Source: an uncultured virus (IMG/VR IMGVR_UViG_3300046454_000431) (lineage: Duplodnaviria > Heunggongvirae > Uroviricota > Caudoviricetes). From it: 64,000 bases of DNA. The stretch lies in the IMG/VR virus record IMGVR_UViG_3300046454_000431. One strand, 5' to 3'. Position 1 is the stretch's first letter, and the number at the start of each line of letters is the position of its first letter. Both the position numbers and the translations under genes were made by a program. Below are positions 17,733 to 26,856 of the stretch, one piece after another. Under the pieces are notes generated by a model. The model had not been told where the DNA came from, did not search any database, and was given only the letters and a program-made list of their open reading frames with translations.

Positions 17733-20609
17733 ATGTCGAATATAGATCACGGTTCAGGCGGAAGCAAGGGCGGCGGCGGGGGCGGCTCGCAATATCGGTT
17801 TTTTCAGATGATGGCTAATTATGCCGATTTGCTGATCGACGCCGGCTATCCCATCATCCCGGTCAAGGGCAAGATCCCGACAGACGAAGGTTGGCTGGAT
17901 CGAAAATACAGCAAGAGCGACATGCGCGAGCGCATGCTGGCCGGCGGCAATATCGGCCTGCCCCTGGGCCGTGAAGTGGGCGACGACATGGCGCTGGTGT
18001 CCATCGACGTCGATATCCCATTTCTGGCCCCTGCCGAGGCGGTGCGCGGCGTCATGCCAGACGGGCCGACCTGCTATGGAAATCAGCCAAAATTTAAGAT
18101 GATCGCGCGTGTGCCCCTGGCCGAAGCTTATTCGCGGGATTATCCCTTTGTGCGCTACAACGGCGCCGGCGAGGAAAAAATCCAGGTCCAGGTGCTGGGC
18201 AAGGGCAAACAAGCGGTGATTTTCGGCATCCATCCCGAAACCGGCAAAATGTATTTTTGGGACGCCGATTCGCAGCAACGGCGCATTTTCGAAATGGCGC
18301 CGGATGATTGGCCGGCAATTAACAACATCGAGACGCTGATAGGATCGATAGCGCGGGCGCTGGAGCCGTTCGGCTGGTCCCGGCGGGCGTCAGGCGTCGG
18401 CGGGGCGTCGCCGCGCGCCCAGGCCTATCCGGAGGGCGTCGAGATCCCGGAGCATATCCTGGACGCGGTCGAAGCTTACCTGAACCGCGAGATCGCCGTC
18501 CTGGCCGGCATGGCGCCTGGCACGGGGCGCGGGACCAAAGCTTTCGAAATCGGCTGCTGGGCCGGGTTCGCGCTGCGCGATGGCGGCATTGATTTTGACG
18601 CGGTGCGGGCCGAGGTGTCGGACGCCCTGGGCGAAAATCAAAAAGACCTGCGACAATTCGACAATGGCGTGGCTAAGTCGGACGGGCAGCAATTCGCAGA
18701 GCCAAAAATCGACTGGAACGCCGAGGCGGCAAAGATGGGCGGGCCTGGGCCAGCGCCAAACGTCACCTCAATCGGCCATGACGGCTACAGGATCGCCCTC
18801 GCCACGCTGCACCGGACCCTTGAGCGCCGGCATGTGCTGCGCCATGGCACAGACACGTCATATGCGGCGCTGATCGCGGAGGCGGCGACCCTGTCCTGGC
18901 GTGGTTCGCTTTACCGCAACATGGCCGGCGATGTGGTGCGGGTGATGCCGTCCGCCGGCGCGCATGGCACGGCGGCGCCAAAGGGCACGTTGAAGGATCC
19001 GACGCCGCCGCAAGTGCGGGTATCGGTTCCGGATGATTGCGAGGTGCGGCTGATGATCGGGGACGCGGTCACAACCTGGGAGCGGGTCAGGATCCCGGAC
19101 GAGGGCGGGCCGTCGCATATCGTGATCAATCGCGACCCCAACGGCGAGGACATATCGTGGAGGGGCGCCGGCGGGCTGAAGGTCGAGGGCGCCAAAACCT
19201 CGATCTGGGCCAGGCGCGCGGCGCACAATCACGGGCGCGAGGCCTGGATTGACGACCGCGACGCCTGGGTGAAATGCGCCTTGCCCAAGGGCGAAGGGAT
19301 TAAGGCGGTGGTGAAGGCCTTCCGGACCAATGCCGGCACAGTGGGGACGCCGTGGCTGCGCTCGGTATCGACGGCGCCGTCTTTCGGCAGGGACGGGCGG
19401 CTGCTGATGGATGACGGGCCGCTGGAGACGGCGGCGGGTGAAATCGTGTTTACGGTCCAGGGGGCGATGCGCGGCCACGTCAAGCTGATGCATATTGACG
19501 ACGCCAAGAAGGTGCTGATGGACTTCCTGGCCCTGTTTCCGTTCGCTGACGACGTGAGCGAATCGGTGGGCCTGGCGCTGTTCCTGTCGCTGATCGCGCG
19601 CGGGGCCTTTGGCGTGGGGCCGGCTTACGTGATCGACGCGCCGGATTATGGCGCCGGCAAAACTTTTCTGGCCGGCAAGCTGGGGCTGTTTTCGGGGCAA
19701 CCCATGAACCTTATCCCGTGCGGCGTGGACAAGGGCGAAGAGGAATTAAGCAAGCGTTTCGAGACGGCGCTGATGACGGAGGCGAGCGGGATGCTTTTGC
19801 TCGATGATGTGCCGCATGGAAAGATGCCGAACTTTCCGACGATGCGAACCTACCTAAGCGCGACCACGCCAGAGCTAAAAATCCGGCGGTTCGGCAAAAA
19901 CGACGATCACAAGACAGTCAGGACGGACGCGACCACGCTTGCGGTCACCGGCTGCGCGGTCGAAGTGAGCAAGGACATGGTGCGGCGGGTGCTGCGCACG
20001 AACCTGGATCCGCGCAAGGCGGCGGACAGGGTGGAGTGGGAGGCCGAGGCCTGCCGGCTGGACCTGGACGCCATGTATGCAGACCCGGCAGCGCACGGGC
20101 GCGTCCTGGGGGCCGCGCTGACGGTCCTAGACCATAACTGGCGCACCAGGCCGGCCAGGCTCGATCCGTCGCAGAATTACGAAGCTTGGTCGCGGGTGGT
20201 CAGGGAAGCTTGCAAGGCGGTCACTAATTTTGATCCGGACGATTCCAGGGCGGTGCTTGAGGCGATGGACGCCGATCATGAGCAATGGAGCGACACGCTG
20301 CTGGCGGTCAAGGCGGTGATGGACGGCAAGCCGTTCACGGTCGCGGAACTTGTGGAGAAAGCGCAGGCGTCGGGGAGCACGTTCGGGAGCGTGGGCGCGC
20401 CTAGCCCGGCTCAGGCGGCGCTCGATCACCTCATAGATGAATTTGAACTGCACCGCATCAAAGCAAGCCGGTTTGCGAAACGGCTGGGCCGGTTCCTGCT
20501 CAAGCATCGCGATAGGCCATTGTGGGAAAAGGGTAAGGAAATTTTCTTGCGCCAGGCCGCCAAGCGAACACAGTTTAAGGGCGAAAAGACGGTCTGGCGG
20601 TTCGAATAG
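17733..20609 (+). CDS. Bifunctional primase-polymerase fused to a P-loop helicase-like domain
   Basis: N-terminal IIPVKGKIP, NIGL, SIDVD and GIHPETGK.Y.W; C-terminal Walker A DYGAGKT and Walker B LLLDD. Confidence 0.8.
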   Translation: MSNIDHGSGGSKGGGGGGSQYRFFQMMANYADLLIDAGYPIIPVKGKIPTDEGWLDRKYSKSDMRERMLAGGNIGLPLGREVGDDMALVSIDVDIPFLAPAEAVRGVMPDGPTCYGNQPKFKMIARVPLAEAYSRDYPFVRYNGAGEEKIQVQVLGKGKQAVIFGIHPETGKMYFWDADSQQRRIFEMAPDDWPAINNIETLIGSIARALEPFGWSRRASGVGGASPRAQAYPEGVEIPEHILDAVEAYLNREIAVLAGMAPGTGRGTKAFEIGCWAGFALRDGGIDFDAVRAEVSDALGENQKDLRQFDNGVAKSDGQQFAEPKIDWNAEAAKMGGPGPAPNVTSIGHDGYRIALATLHRTLERRHVLRHGTDTSYAALIAEAATLSWRGSLYRNMAGDVVRVMPSAGAHGTAAPKGTLKDPTPPQVRVSVPDDCEVRLMIGDAVTTWERVRIPDEGGPSHIVINRDPNGEDISWRGAGGLKVEGAKTSIWARRAAHNHGREAWIDDRDAWVKCALPKGEGIKAVVKAFRTNAGTVGTPWLRSVSTAPSFGRDGRLLMDDGPLETAAGEIVFTVQGAMRGHVKLMHIDDAKKVLMDFLALFPFADDVSESVGLALFLSLIARGAFGVGPAYVIDAPDYGAGKTFLAGKLGLFSGQPMNLIPCGVDKGEEELSKRFETALMTEASGMLLLDDVPHGKMPNFPTMRTYLSATTPELKIRRFGKNDDHKTVRTDATTLAVTGCAVEVSKDMVRRVLRTNLDPRKAADRVEWEAEACRLDLDAMYADPAAHGRVLGAALTVLDHNWRTRPARLDPSQNYEAWSRVVREACKAVTNFDPDDSRAVLEAMDADHEQWSDTLLAVKAVMDGKPFTVAELVEKAQASGSTFGSVGAPSPAQAALDHLIDEFELHRIKASRFAKRLGRFLLKHRDRPLWEKGKEIFLRQAAKRTQFKGEKTVWRFE

Positions 20610-20610
20610 T

Positions 20611-20925
20611 GTTAGGGGTTTGGGGAAAATTTTGGGGGTTTTATGGGGGTTTGCGTTTGAGCAAACCCCTAACCATTTTTCCTGTTAAATCAATGGTTTA
20701 GGACGTAATACAGGGGTTTTAGGGGTTTTATTTTATATTTAAGGAATATTTTTTATATCTTATGTCTTAATATGAGACACATATGAATGATTTTTCTATA
20801 TAAAGGTAGCTCGTAAAACCCCTAAAACCCCTAAAATCGAGAAAGGCCTTTAGAATCATGGTTTTAAGGCTAGGGGTTTGTTTGCCAGGGGTTTTATTTC
20901 AAACACCTAAGCAAACCCCTAAACG
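20611..20925. repeat. Putative replication origin: about ten AGGGGTTT/AAACCCCT iterons around an AT-rich core
   Basis: Iterons in both orientations, very AT-rich 20730-20805, non-coding, directly after the primase-helicase gene. Confidence 0.75.
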
Positions 20926-20948
20926 AAAGAAAGACGCCCGGAGGCGTC
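20926..20948 (-). terminator. Terminator of the leftward early block
   Basis: GACGCC-CGGA-GGCGTC with an A-rich run on its left. Confidence 0.5.
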
Positions 20949-20972
20949 AATCTAGTTGACTTTCGTTAAAGG

Positions 20973-21179
20973 TCACGATTTCGTATACGTCATGACTTGT
21001 TTTTGTGACATGCCGGTGCGGATCATGAGGCGCAGGAACATTGCGACAGGCAATGGCGGCCCGATATGCTGCCAGTGCTGATAGTGGGTCTGCCGAGAGT
21101 AGCCGAACAGGGCGGCGCATTGCGGCCCTGTTAGTTTGAGGTGGCGCAAGGCCATGCAATATTCGGTGGCGTCCATCAT
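20973..21179 (-). CDS. HTH transcription regulator
   Basis: LKLTGPQCAALFGYSRQT...GPPLPVAMFLRLM. Confidence 0.7.
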   Translation of the reverse strand: MMDATEYCMALRHLKLTGPQCAALFGYSRQTHYQHWQHIGPPLPVAMFLRLMIRTGMSQKQVMTYTKS

Positions 21180-21391
21180 TTGACCCTCGTCTTTTCAATG
21201 CGCCAGGTATATGCGGCGTTTTGGGTGATCGCCAAGCCTTCGTCGCGCCTGTCATGGTTGAAGCGCACGATGCGGAAGGCGTAGCGAAAGGCGGCGTCGC
21301 CGCGCTTGAAAGCGTCGTCGGCGCATCCCTGGCGATGGGCCGCCTGATCGGCGGCGCCACGGGCGGTTTTGAAGGTTTGGGCGAGAATCAT
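21176..21391 (-). CDS. Small early protein
   Basis: AAAGGA RBS before MILAQTF. Confidence 0.6.
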   Translation of the reverse strand: MILAQTFKTARGAADQAAHRQGCADDAFKRGDAAFRYAFRIVRFNHDRRDEGLAITQNAAYTWRIEKTRVK

Positions 21392-21407
21392 GGCGGTTTT
21401 CCTTTGG

Positions 21408-21974
21408 TTAGCGCGCCAGGGAGGCGGCGTTGCGGGCCTTGATGGCGGCAATTTTGGCGTCGGTGTGGACCGAACGACGCTTGCCATAAGCGGCGCGAAC
21501 CTGGCGGAAGCCGGCTTGCGTCAGGGCGCTTTCAGCGGCCAGGAGCACGGCGTCAACGACGTCGAAAGCGGCCTTTTGGGTGTCGTAGCTGCCGCCGTCC
21601 TGGCTCTCAGCGACCAAGTCGGCGGCATCGACGGCGGCCTGGATGTGCTGATCGATCACCAGGCGTTCGGCCTGATAGGCCTTCCACGAGGCGCGCTCGA
21701 AATCGCGCAGCGCCTTCATGTCATGCTTGGACATGCAGCCGTCCAGGTTTTCCAGGATGAAATCGGCGCCTTCTGCGGTCAAATGCATGGCGTCATGTTC
21801 GACGCGGATGAGGATCGGGCTGTTCAGGCGCAGCGACAGGTCTTTTTCTTCGCGGTTGCCGCAATGGATGATGTGGCCGCCGGCGGTGAAATCAAGGTCG
21901 CTGCGAGCGCCTGTGATGATGGCGAGGACGGCGCGGTCGTTAACGGTGCGGGCGAGTGTCGGGGAAGTGGTCAT
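21408..21974 (-). CDS. Early hypothetical protein
   Basis: AGGAG RBS and its own promoter (TTGACA-N17-TACATA, 22001-22029, minus strand). Confidence 0.75.
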   Translation of the reverse strand: MTTSPTLARTVNDRAVLAIITGARSDLDFTAGGHIIHCGNREEKDLSLRLNSPILIRVEHDAMHLTAEGADFILENLDGCMSKHDMKALRDFERASWKAYQAERLVIDQHIQAAVDAADLVAESQDGGSYDTQKAAFDVVDAVLLAAESALTQAGFRQVRAAYGKRRSVHTDAKIAAIKARNAASLAR

Positions 21975-22046
21975 AACGTGTGCTCCTGTTCGGTGTCTCT
22001 TATGTAAACTGGGTTGACAGGCTTGTCAACCCAGTTGTCGAATTAT

Positions 22047-22832
22047 TTACGCCTGGGCGCCAACAAAACGCTTGGCGGTGGCGCCGTGGGCGATGATCAC
22101 CATGGACGCTTTCGCCTTTGCGCTGGTGCCGCCGCAGGCCTGGCAAGCGTCGCAGGAGGTCTTCACGCCGGCTTCTTTCGACGCCGGGCAGATCACTTCA
22201 CCCTTGGCCTTAGCCTCCGACGGGGTGCGGACGCGGAACGAGCGCCAGCCGGCGGCGGTCGCGTCCGCCAGGTCGGCCAGGCTGTCGCATGACGCCATGC
22301 AGATGGTCTTGAGCGCCTGGAAACGAGCGTCGCGCCATTGGTGCGAATAGCCGTTAGTGAAGGCGGCGCGAAGCGTGGCGGCGCGCCAGACCTGGAAAGG
22401 CACAGCAGCTGGATCGCCATATGTGCCGAGGCGGAAGCCCAGGCCGGCGAACAATTCCGGAAGGATGGCAACGTCATAATCGACGCCCGGCTCGGCGTAG
22501 CGGTCGCCACGGATTAGCGTCTCGTATACGCTGCGAACGCTGCGCCCGACGTTGACGTAGCAGGCGCCACCCAAATACGGGCGCATGAGGCAGTCACCGC
22601 ACACGCTGCTGTCAAGGCCGCTCTTGAGCGCGACGACCGGCGACACATCCGAGCGGATGATAAAGGTCTGCACCATCGCGCCCGTCTTGACGTTGGTGCT
22701 GGCCGAGGTGATTTTGTTGGCGATGGCGACAATCGGGGCGCCGTCGATCATCGACGGGCCACGATAAAGGACGACGCCGCAAAAGCGATTGGACTTGAGA
22801 GCGGCGAGCATGTCGGAGGCGGTGCGGATCAT
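22047..22832 (-). CDS. Cys-rich Gp88-like / radical-SAM-like phage protein
   Basis: NVKTGAMVQT, CGDC-x9-CYV, RLGTYGDP, GYSHQW and CP...CxxCxxC motifs. Confidence 0.7.
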   Translation of the reverse strand: MIRTASDMLAALKSNRFCGVVLYRGPSMIDGAPIVAIANKITSASTNVKTGAMVQTFIIRSDVSPVVALKSGLDSSVCGDCLMRPYLGGACYVNVGRSVRSVYETLIRGDRYAEPGVDYDVAILPELFAGLGFRLGTYGDPAAVPFQVWRAATLRAAFTNGYSHQWRDARFQALKTICMASCDSLADLADATAAGWRSFRVRTPSEAKAKGEVICPASKEAGVKTSCDACQACGGTSAKAKASMVIIAHGATAKRFVGAQA

Positions 22833-22871
22833 GTGGAGAGGCCTTTTTGTCTGCGGCGTTGAACTGTCCCG

Positions 22872-22966
22872 AATATAGCCACAGCGTATGCGCCTGTCAA
22901 CTAGGTTTACAAATTAAAATAAATTATTTTTGCGCTTGACAACTAGATTGACGCCAGGCATATAAA
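22872..22966. promoter_or_regulatory. Back-to-back divergent sigma70-type promoters
   Basis: Minus strand: TTGACA(22895-22900)-N17-TATATT. Plus strand: TTGACA(22936-22941)-N17-CATATA. Shared AT-rich UP segment. Confidence 0.8.
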
Positions 22967-23000
22967 GGGCAGTTAACAACCGCACACGAAAGGCGCTCAC

Positions 23001-23306
23001 ATGCTGCAAGTTCAAGGCCTTCCCTTCCACAAAGGATCCGACGCCTGGCGCGTCATACACGAGGGGCGCATCCTGCCCAAGTATGTGCGCGACGAGATCG
23101 CCCGCCTGCGCCGCGAGCGGAACGAATACAGCGAGATCCGGGTGCTGATGACGGGCGAGCCTGGCTGGATCAGCCGGGCAGAGCAGGCGGCGCGCAGCGC
23201 CCGCACCTACGCCGAGCACGAGGCGCGCGCCCTGGGCTGGACCGAGCCAAGCGTCGCCGCCGAGGGCGCCGCCGCCTACGCCGAGGCGCTGGCGCGCCAG
23301 GCCTAG
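23001..23306 (+). CDS. Early hypothetical protein
   Basis: AAAGG RBS after the rightward promoter. Confidence 0.65.
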   Translation: MLQVQGLPFHKGSDAWRVIHEGRILPKYVRDEIARLRRERNEYSEIRVLMTGEPGWISRAEQAARSARTYAEHEARALGWTEPSVAAEGAAAYAEALARQA

Positions 23307-23314
23307 CCAGGCCC

Positions 23315-23490
23315 AGGCCTGTCAGAGGGCTGACAGCCCTCTGACACGCCTGTTCCCGGTCTGTTCTGGCAGGGTGCTGACAGGGCAGCGACAGGCCTCG
23401 AAGTAAAAAACGACCGGGGGTACCCCCGCTAATAGGCGGCCTAGAGTATACTATAAGCCCCAAAAATTTTTCTCAAATTTTTCACCCAAT
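23315..23490. other. Palindrome-rich non-coding region, candidate packaging/terminus site
   Basis: 13-bp inverted repeat at 23320-23346, CGGGGGTACCCCCG at 23415-23428, and A/T tracts, upstream of terS. Confidence 0.45.
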
Positions 23491-23572
23491 AAATAATCGT
23501 ATTCGGTTGTTGACCAATAAACGGACACTCTCATGGATTTTGGGAAATGAATGAGAGTGTTCATTTCCCGGT

Positions 23573-23956
23573 TCAAATAGCCCCAGACAGTTTTGAACTT
23601 TTCTCCCTAACTTTGACCATGAGGTCATTCAGCCCAGTGACGAGCTTCTCCAAGGCTTCCAACGTATCGTTCATTTCCCCCGCCGAGTCCCCCTCCCAGG
23701 TGTCGATATGCGACCGTATCGCCTCCAGCAGGTCGATCTTGCTCTCCTGGACGCCCTCGGCGTAGGTCATATAGATCTCGAATTGTTTATCCGCGACCCA
23801 CACGCACAGGTTCACCCTTGGCAGGATGCGGGTTTCCCACTTCGATAGTTTGAAGCCGTGGCGGCTGTAGTCGTATGGCTTGGTGATCTGGGTGAAGGGG
23901 TCGTACCCCCCGCAGTCGTCCCCTTGCATTTCCGGCGCTCTGTGTCTACCCATCAT
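23573..23956 (-). CDS. Hypothetical protein with a coiled-coil C-terminus
   Basis: GGAGGAGG RBS. Confidence 0.65.
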   Translation of the reverse strand: MMGRHRAPEMQGDDCGGYDPFTQITKPYDYSRHGFKLSKWETRILPRVNLCVWVADKQFEIYMTYAEGVQESKIDLLEAIRSHIDTWEGDSAGEMNDTLEALEKLVTGLNDLMVKVREKSSKLSGAI

Positions 23957-24058
23957 ATGCTCCTCCTCCGTATTCTACTGTCTAACCTGTTTTCGCTCTT
24001 GCCGGCAAGCCCATTTCCCTCATATACTCCAGCACCCCCGACCGACGAGGCCCACGCC

Positions 24059-24625
24059 ATGCCCACCAAAAAGCAAAACCGGCGCATAGCTCGCTTCGAA
24101 CTAGCGCAATCCACCAGGGCGGCGCCGACGCCCCCGGAGGTCAAGCCGCCGTGGGCCAGTATCTACACCCCCGCTATCGGGGAGCGGATTTGCGATCTGG
24201 TCACCAATGGCAAGACCTTGCGGCAGATTGCGCTGGAGGAGGTCTGGGCGCCCAACGCCCGGATCATGTATTATTGGCTGGAGGAGCATCCGGAATTTGC
24301 GCGGGCCTTCGCGGCGGCGCGAGAGCTATACGCGGATGACATCGCCCGCGAGATCGTGACCATTGCCGACGAGGCGGCGACCGATCTCGACATCGCCAAG
24401 CTGCCGCATCGCATCCATGCCAGGGAGTGGCTGGCGGTGAAGCGGTCCCCCCGCTTCTATGGCGACCGCCGCATGATCGACACCACCTCGCAGGTCAATA
24501 TCAACAATTTGACCAAGATTGATGTCTCCCATCTGTCCTCGGACGAGATCCTCATTGCCGAGAAGGCCCTGATGAAGGCGATAGGACATTCCAGCTGCAA
24601 TCCGGAGGACGACGACGATGCCTAA
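24059..24625 (+). CDS. terS: Terminase small subunit (Sf6 gp1-like)
   Basis: YTPAIGERIC...GKTLRQI...WLEEHPEF...IAD...REW...PRFYGD. Confidence 0.85.
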   Translation: MPTKKQNRRIARFELAQSTRAAPTPPEVKPPWASIYTPAIGERICDLVTNGKTLRQIALEEVWAPNARIMYYWLEEHPEFARAFAAARELYADDIAREIVTIADEAATDLDIAKLPHRIHAREWLAVKRSPRFYGDRRMIDTTSQVNINNLTKIDVSHLSSDEILIAEKALMKAIGHSSCNPEDDDDA

Positions 24626-24827
24626 ACACATCCAGCCCGCCAAGACCCTGGTCGATATCACGGTCGCCGGCCCAAGCCCTTACGAAGGCCGGATATTCCC
24701 GCTCAATGTTCAATTTCTCGAGGGCGAGTGGATGATGCAGGTCATTCCCGCCGGCCCCTCCAGGGAGGCGGCGTTTTATTTCCCGATCAAGGATCTCAAG
24801 GTCTGGGCGCCGGCGGGGCATCTATGA
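24618..24827 (+). CDS. Small hypothetical protein
   Basis: GGAGG RBS; coupled to neighbours. Confidence 0.55.
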   Translation: MPKHIQPAKTLVDITVAGPSPYEGRIFPLNVQFLEGEWMMQVIPAGPSREAAFYFPIKDLKVWAPAGHL

Positions 24828-25027
24828 ATCCGATCACCCTGCTCCAGGACTGGTGGTGCGCCAGGCTCCGGAATATCGACATTCAATACCTCTGGCCGAT
24901 CTGTAAGGAACAGGCCCGCGACTTCGCTGAGGCCCGTTACGTTTTTGCTATTCACGCCATTTGCGATCCGGCCTGGCTGCGGCTTCCCGCCGAAGAGATC
25001 AAGCGCATTATCGGGGAGTTGCAATGA
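24824..25027 (+). CDS. Small hypothetical protein
   Basis: ATGA coupling. Confidence 0.55.
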   Translation: MNPITLLQDWWCARLRNIDIQYLWPICKEQARDFAEARYVFAIHAICDPAWLRLPAEEIKRIIGELQ

Positions 25028-25209
25028 AGAACACTTTTGAGATCAAGCTGGGCCTCCATGTTCACGGCTCCGACGACTGGGAGCCGATGAATTACTCCAA
25101 CTATTCCTCCTGCGTTCACGCCTGGCGCGCCGTCGATCCCGACTGGGATCCCCATTTTGCCGAGTTTTCATTCGAGATCGCGGAGTTTAACGGGGTGCTG
25201 TTCGGATGA
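25024..25209 (+). CDS. Small hypothetical protein
   Basis: GGAG RBS; ATGA coupling to terL. Confidence 0.55.
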   Translation: MKNTFEIKLGLHVHGSDDWEPMNYSNYSSCVHAWRAVDPDWDPHFAEFSFEIAEFNGVLFG

Positions 25210-26840
25210 CGTCCATCAATCTTCAAAAGGTCAATCCGCAGGATGTCCTCGACCGCATGGACAAGGAGATGTGCGAGCGGTCCCTGCACGAGTTCGTCAA
25301 GCGGGCCTGGAAAGAGGTCGAGCCGGGCCAGCCCATGCTCGACAACTGGCACCTGCCGTTCATCTGTGAACATTTGGAGGCGATCACCGACGGCGCCCAG
25401 GTCGATGGCAAGCCCTACAACCGTCTCCTGATCAACATTCCTCCCGGCGGCATGAAATCCCTGCTGCTCAATGTGTTTTGGCCGGCCTGGGAATGGGGGC
25501 CTGCCGCCATGCCCCACATGCGCTATCTCTGCGCGTCCCATAACATCGACCTGGTCGAGCGCGACAGCATTCGCATGCGCCGGCTGGTCACCACCGCCTG
25601 GTATCAGAAGCACTGGGGCGACCTGGTCGAACTGACCGGCGACCAGAACTCCAAGACGGTGTTCGAAAACACCCGCTCCGGATGGCGCAGGGCGGTCGCG
25701 GCGGGAGCGGATACCGGTCACCGGGCCGACCGCGTCCTGATCGACGACGCTCTGAGCGTCAAGAACGCCAACAGCGACAGCACCCGCGAGAGCGTCAACC
25801 TGTGGTTCAGGGAATCGGTGCCGACCCGCCTCAATTCGCCGCGCAAGAGCGCCATCGTGGTGATCATGCAGCGGCTGCACGAGGCCGATCTGTCCGGAAT
25901 GATCCTCGACAAGAAGCTCGGCTACGATCACATCATGATCCCGATGCGCTACGATCCGGACCGCGCCCACCCCACCATGCTCGGCTACAAAGACCCCCGC
26001 ACCATCCCCGGCGAGCTTTATTTCCCGACCCGTTTTCCCCTCGACGTGGTCGAACGCGAAGAGCGGATCATGGGGCCGTTCGCCACCGCCGGCCAAATGC
26101 AGCAGGCCCCAGTCCCGCGAGGAGGCGGCGTCATCAAGGACGCCGACTGGATCCTGTGGGACAGGCCGGAATTTCCGGCGCTCGACTTTATTATCGCCTC
26201 CATCGACACCGCCTACGGTCTGAAGCAGGAGAACGACCCCAGCGCCATGACGGTGTGGGGGGTGTTTTCAGGCGACACCCGCAACCAGGCCACCAGGCTG
26301 GTGGATCGCTACGGTCACCCGAAGGAAATGCCTGAAGGCGGCGCCTCCACTCACCTCGACGCCGCGCCGCGCGTCATTTTGATGTACGCCTGGACCGAGC
26401 GCCTCAGTCTTTCCGACCTGGTCGCCAAGGTGGCCCTCCATTGCAAGAAGTTGAAGGTTGACCGCCTGCTGGTCGAGGCCAAGGCGAGCGGCATATCGGT
26501 CGCGCAGGAGATGCGCCGTCTTTACGGACATGAGCCATGGGCGGTTCACCTGATCAATCCAGGCAACCAGGATAAACTTGCTCGGCTGTACAGTGTTCAG
26601 CCGCTGTTTGCGGAAGGCATGGTCTACGCTCCAGACAAGGAATGGGCGGAAATGGTGATCAGGCAAGTGGCTTCCTTCCCCAAGGCGCTGCATGACGATC
26701 TTACCGACACCACATCACAGGCGATTCGCCACCTGCGCGACTGCGGATTGCTGACCCGGTCCGACGAAAGGTTGGCGGAAATGAACGAGGAAGTCCAGTA
26801 TGGCCGCACCAGGCCGCTGGAGCCGCTCTATCCAGGCTGA
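25206..26840 (+). CDS. terL: Terminase large subunit
   Basis: LLINIPPGGMKS, LIDD, IMQRLHE, SIDTAY, VEAKASG and HDDLTD. Confidence 0.95.
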   Translation: MTSINLQKVNPQDVLDRMDKEMCERSLHEFVKRAWKEVEPGQPMLDNWHLPFICEHLEAITDGAQVDGKPYNRLLINIPPGGMKSLLLNVFWPAWEWGPAAMPHMRYLCASHNIDLVERDSIRMRRLVTTAWYQKHWGDLVELTGDQNSKTVFENTRSGWRRAVAAGADTGHRADRVLIDDALSVKNANSDSTRESVNLWFRESVPTRLNSPRKSAIVVIMQRLHEADLSGMILDKKLGYDHIMIPMRYDPDRAHPTMLGYKDPRTIPGELYFPTRFPLDVVEREERIMGPFATAGQMQQAPVPRGGGVIKDADWILWDRPEFPALDFIIASIDTAYGLKQENDPSAMTVWGVFSGDTRNQATRLVDRYGHPKEMPEGGASTHLDAAPRVILMYAWTERLSLSDLVAKVALHCKKLKVDRLLVEAKASGISVAQEMRRLYGHEPWAVHLINPGNQDKLARLYSVQPLFAEGMVYAPDKEWAEMVIRQVASFPKALHDDLTDTTSQAIRHLRDCGLLTRSDERLAEMNEEVQYGRTRPLEPLYPG

Positions 26841-26856
26841 AAAAGGGAGAAAAGTC

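Larger units (their letters stand above)
20946..22952. promoter_or_regulatory. Five dispersed 15-bp operators, consensus GTCAA-N5-TTGAC
   Basis: Copies at 20946-20960, 22004-22018, 22025-22039, 22896-22910 and 22938-22952. Confidence 0.7.

Noticed and set aside
20611..20925. Eukaryotic telomere contamination
   Set aside because: The repeats are dispersed in both orientations around an AT core and are continuous with phage genes on both sides.
20943..22955. Invertible segment bounded by 18-bp inverted repeats (GGCGTCAATCTAGTTGWC)
   Set aside because: No recombinase was recognised in the window, and the repeats belong to a five-member operator family. Not fully excluded without reads.
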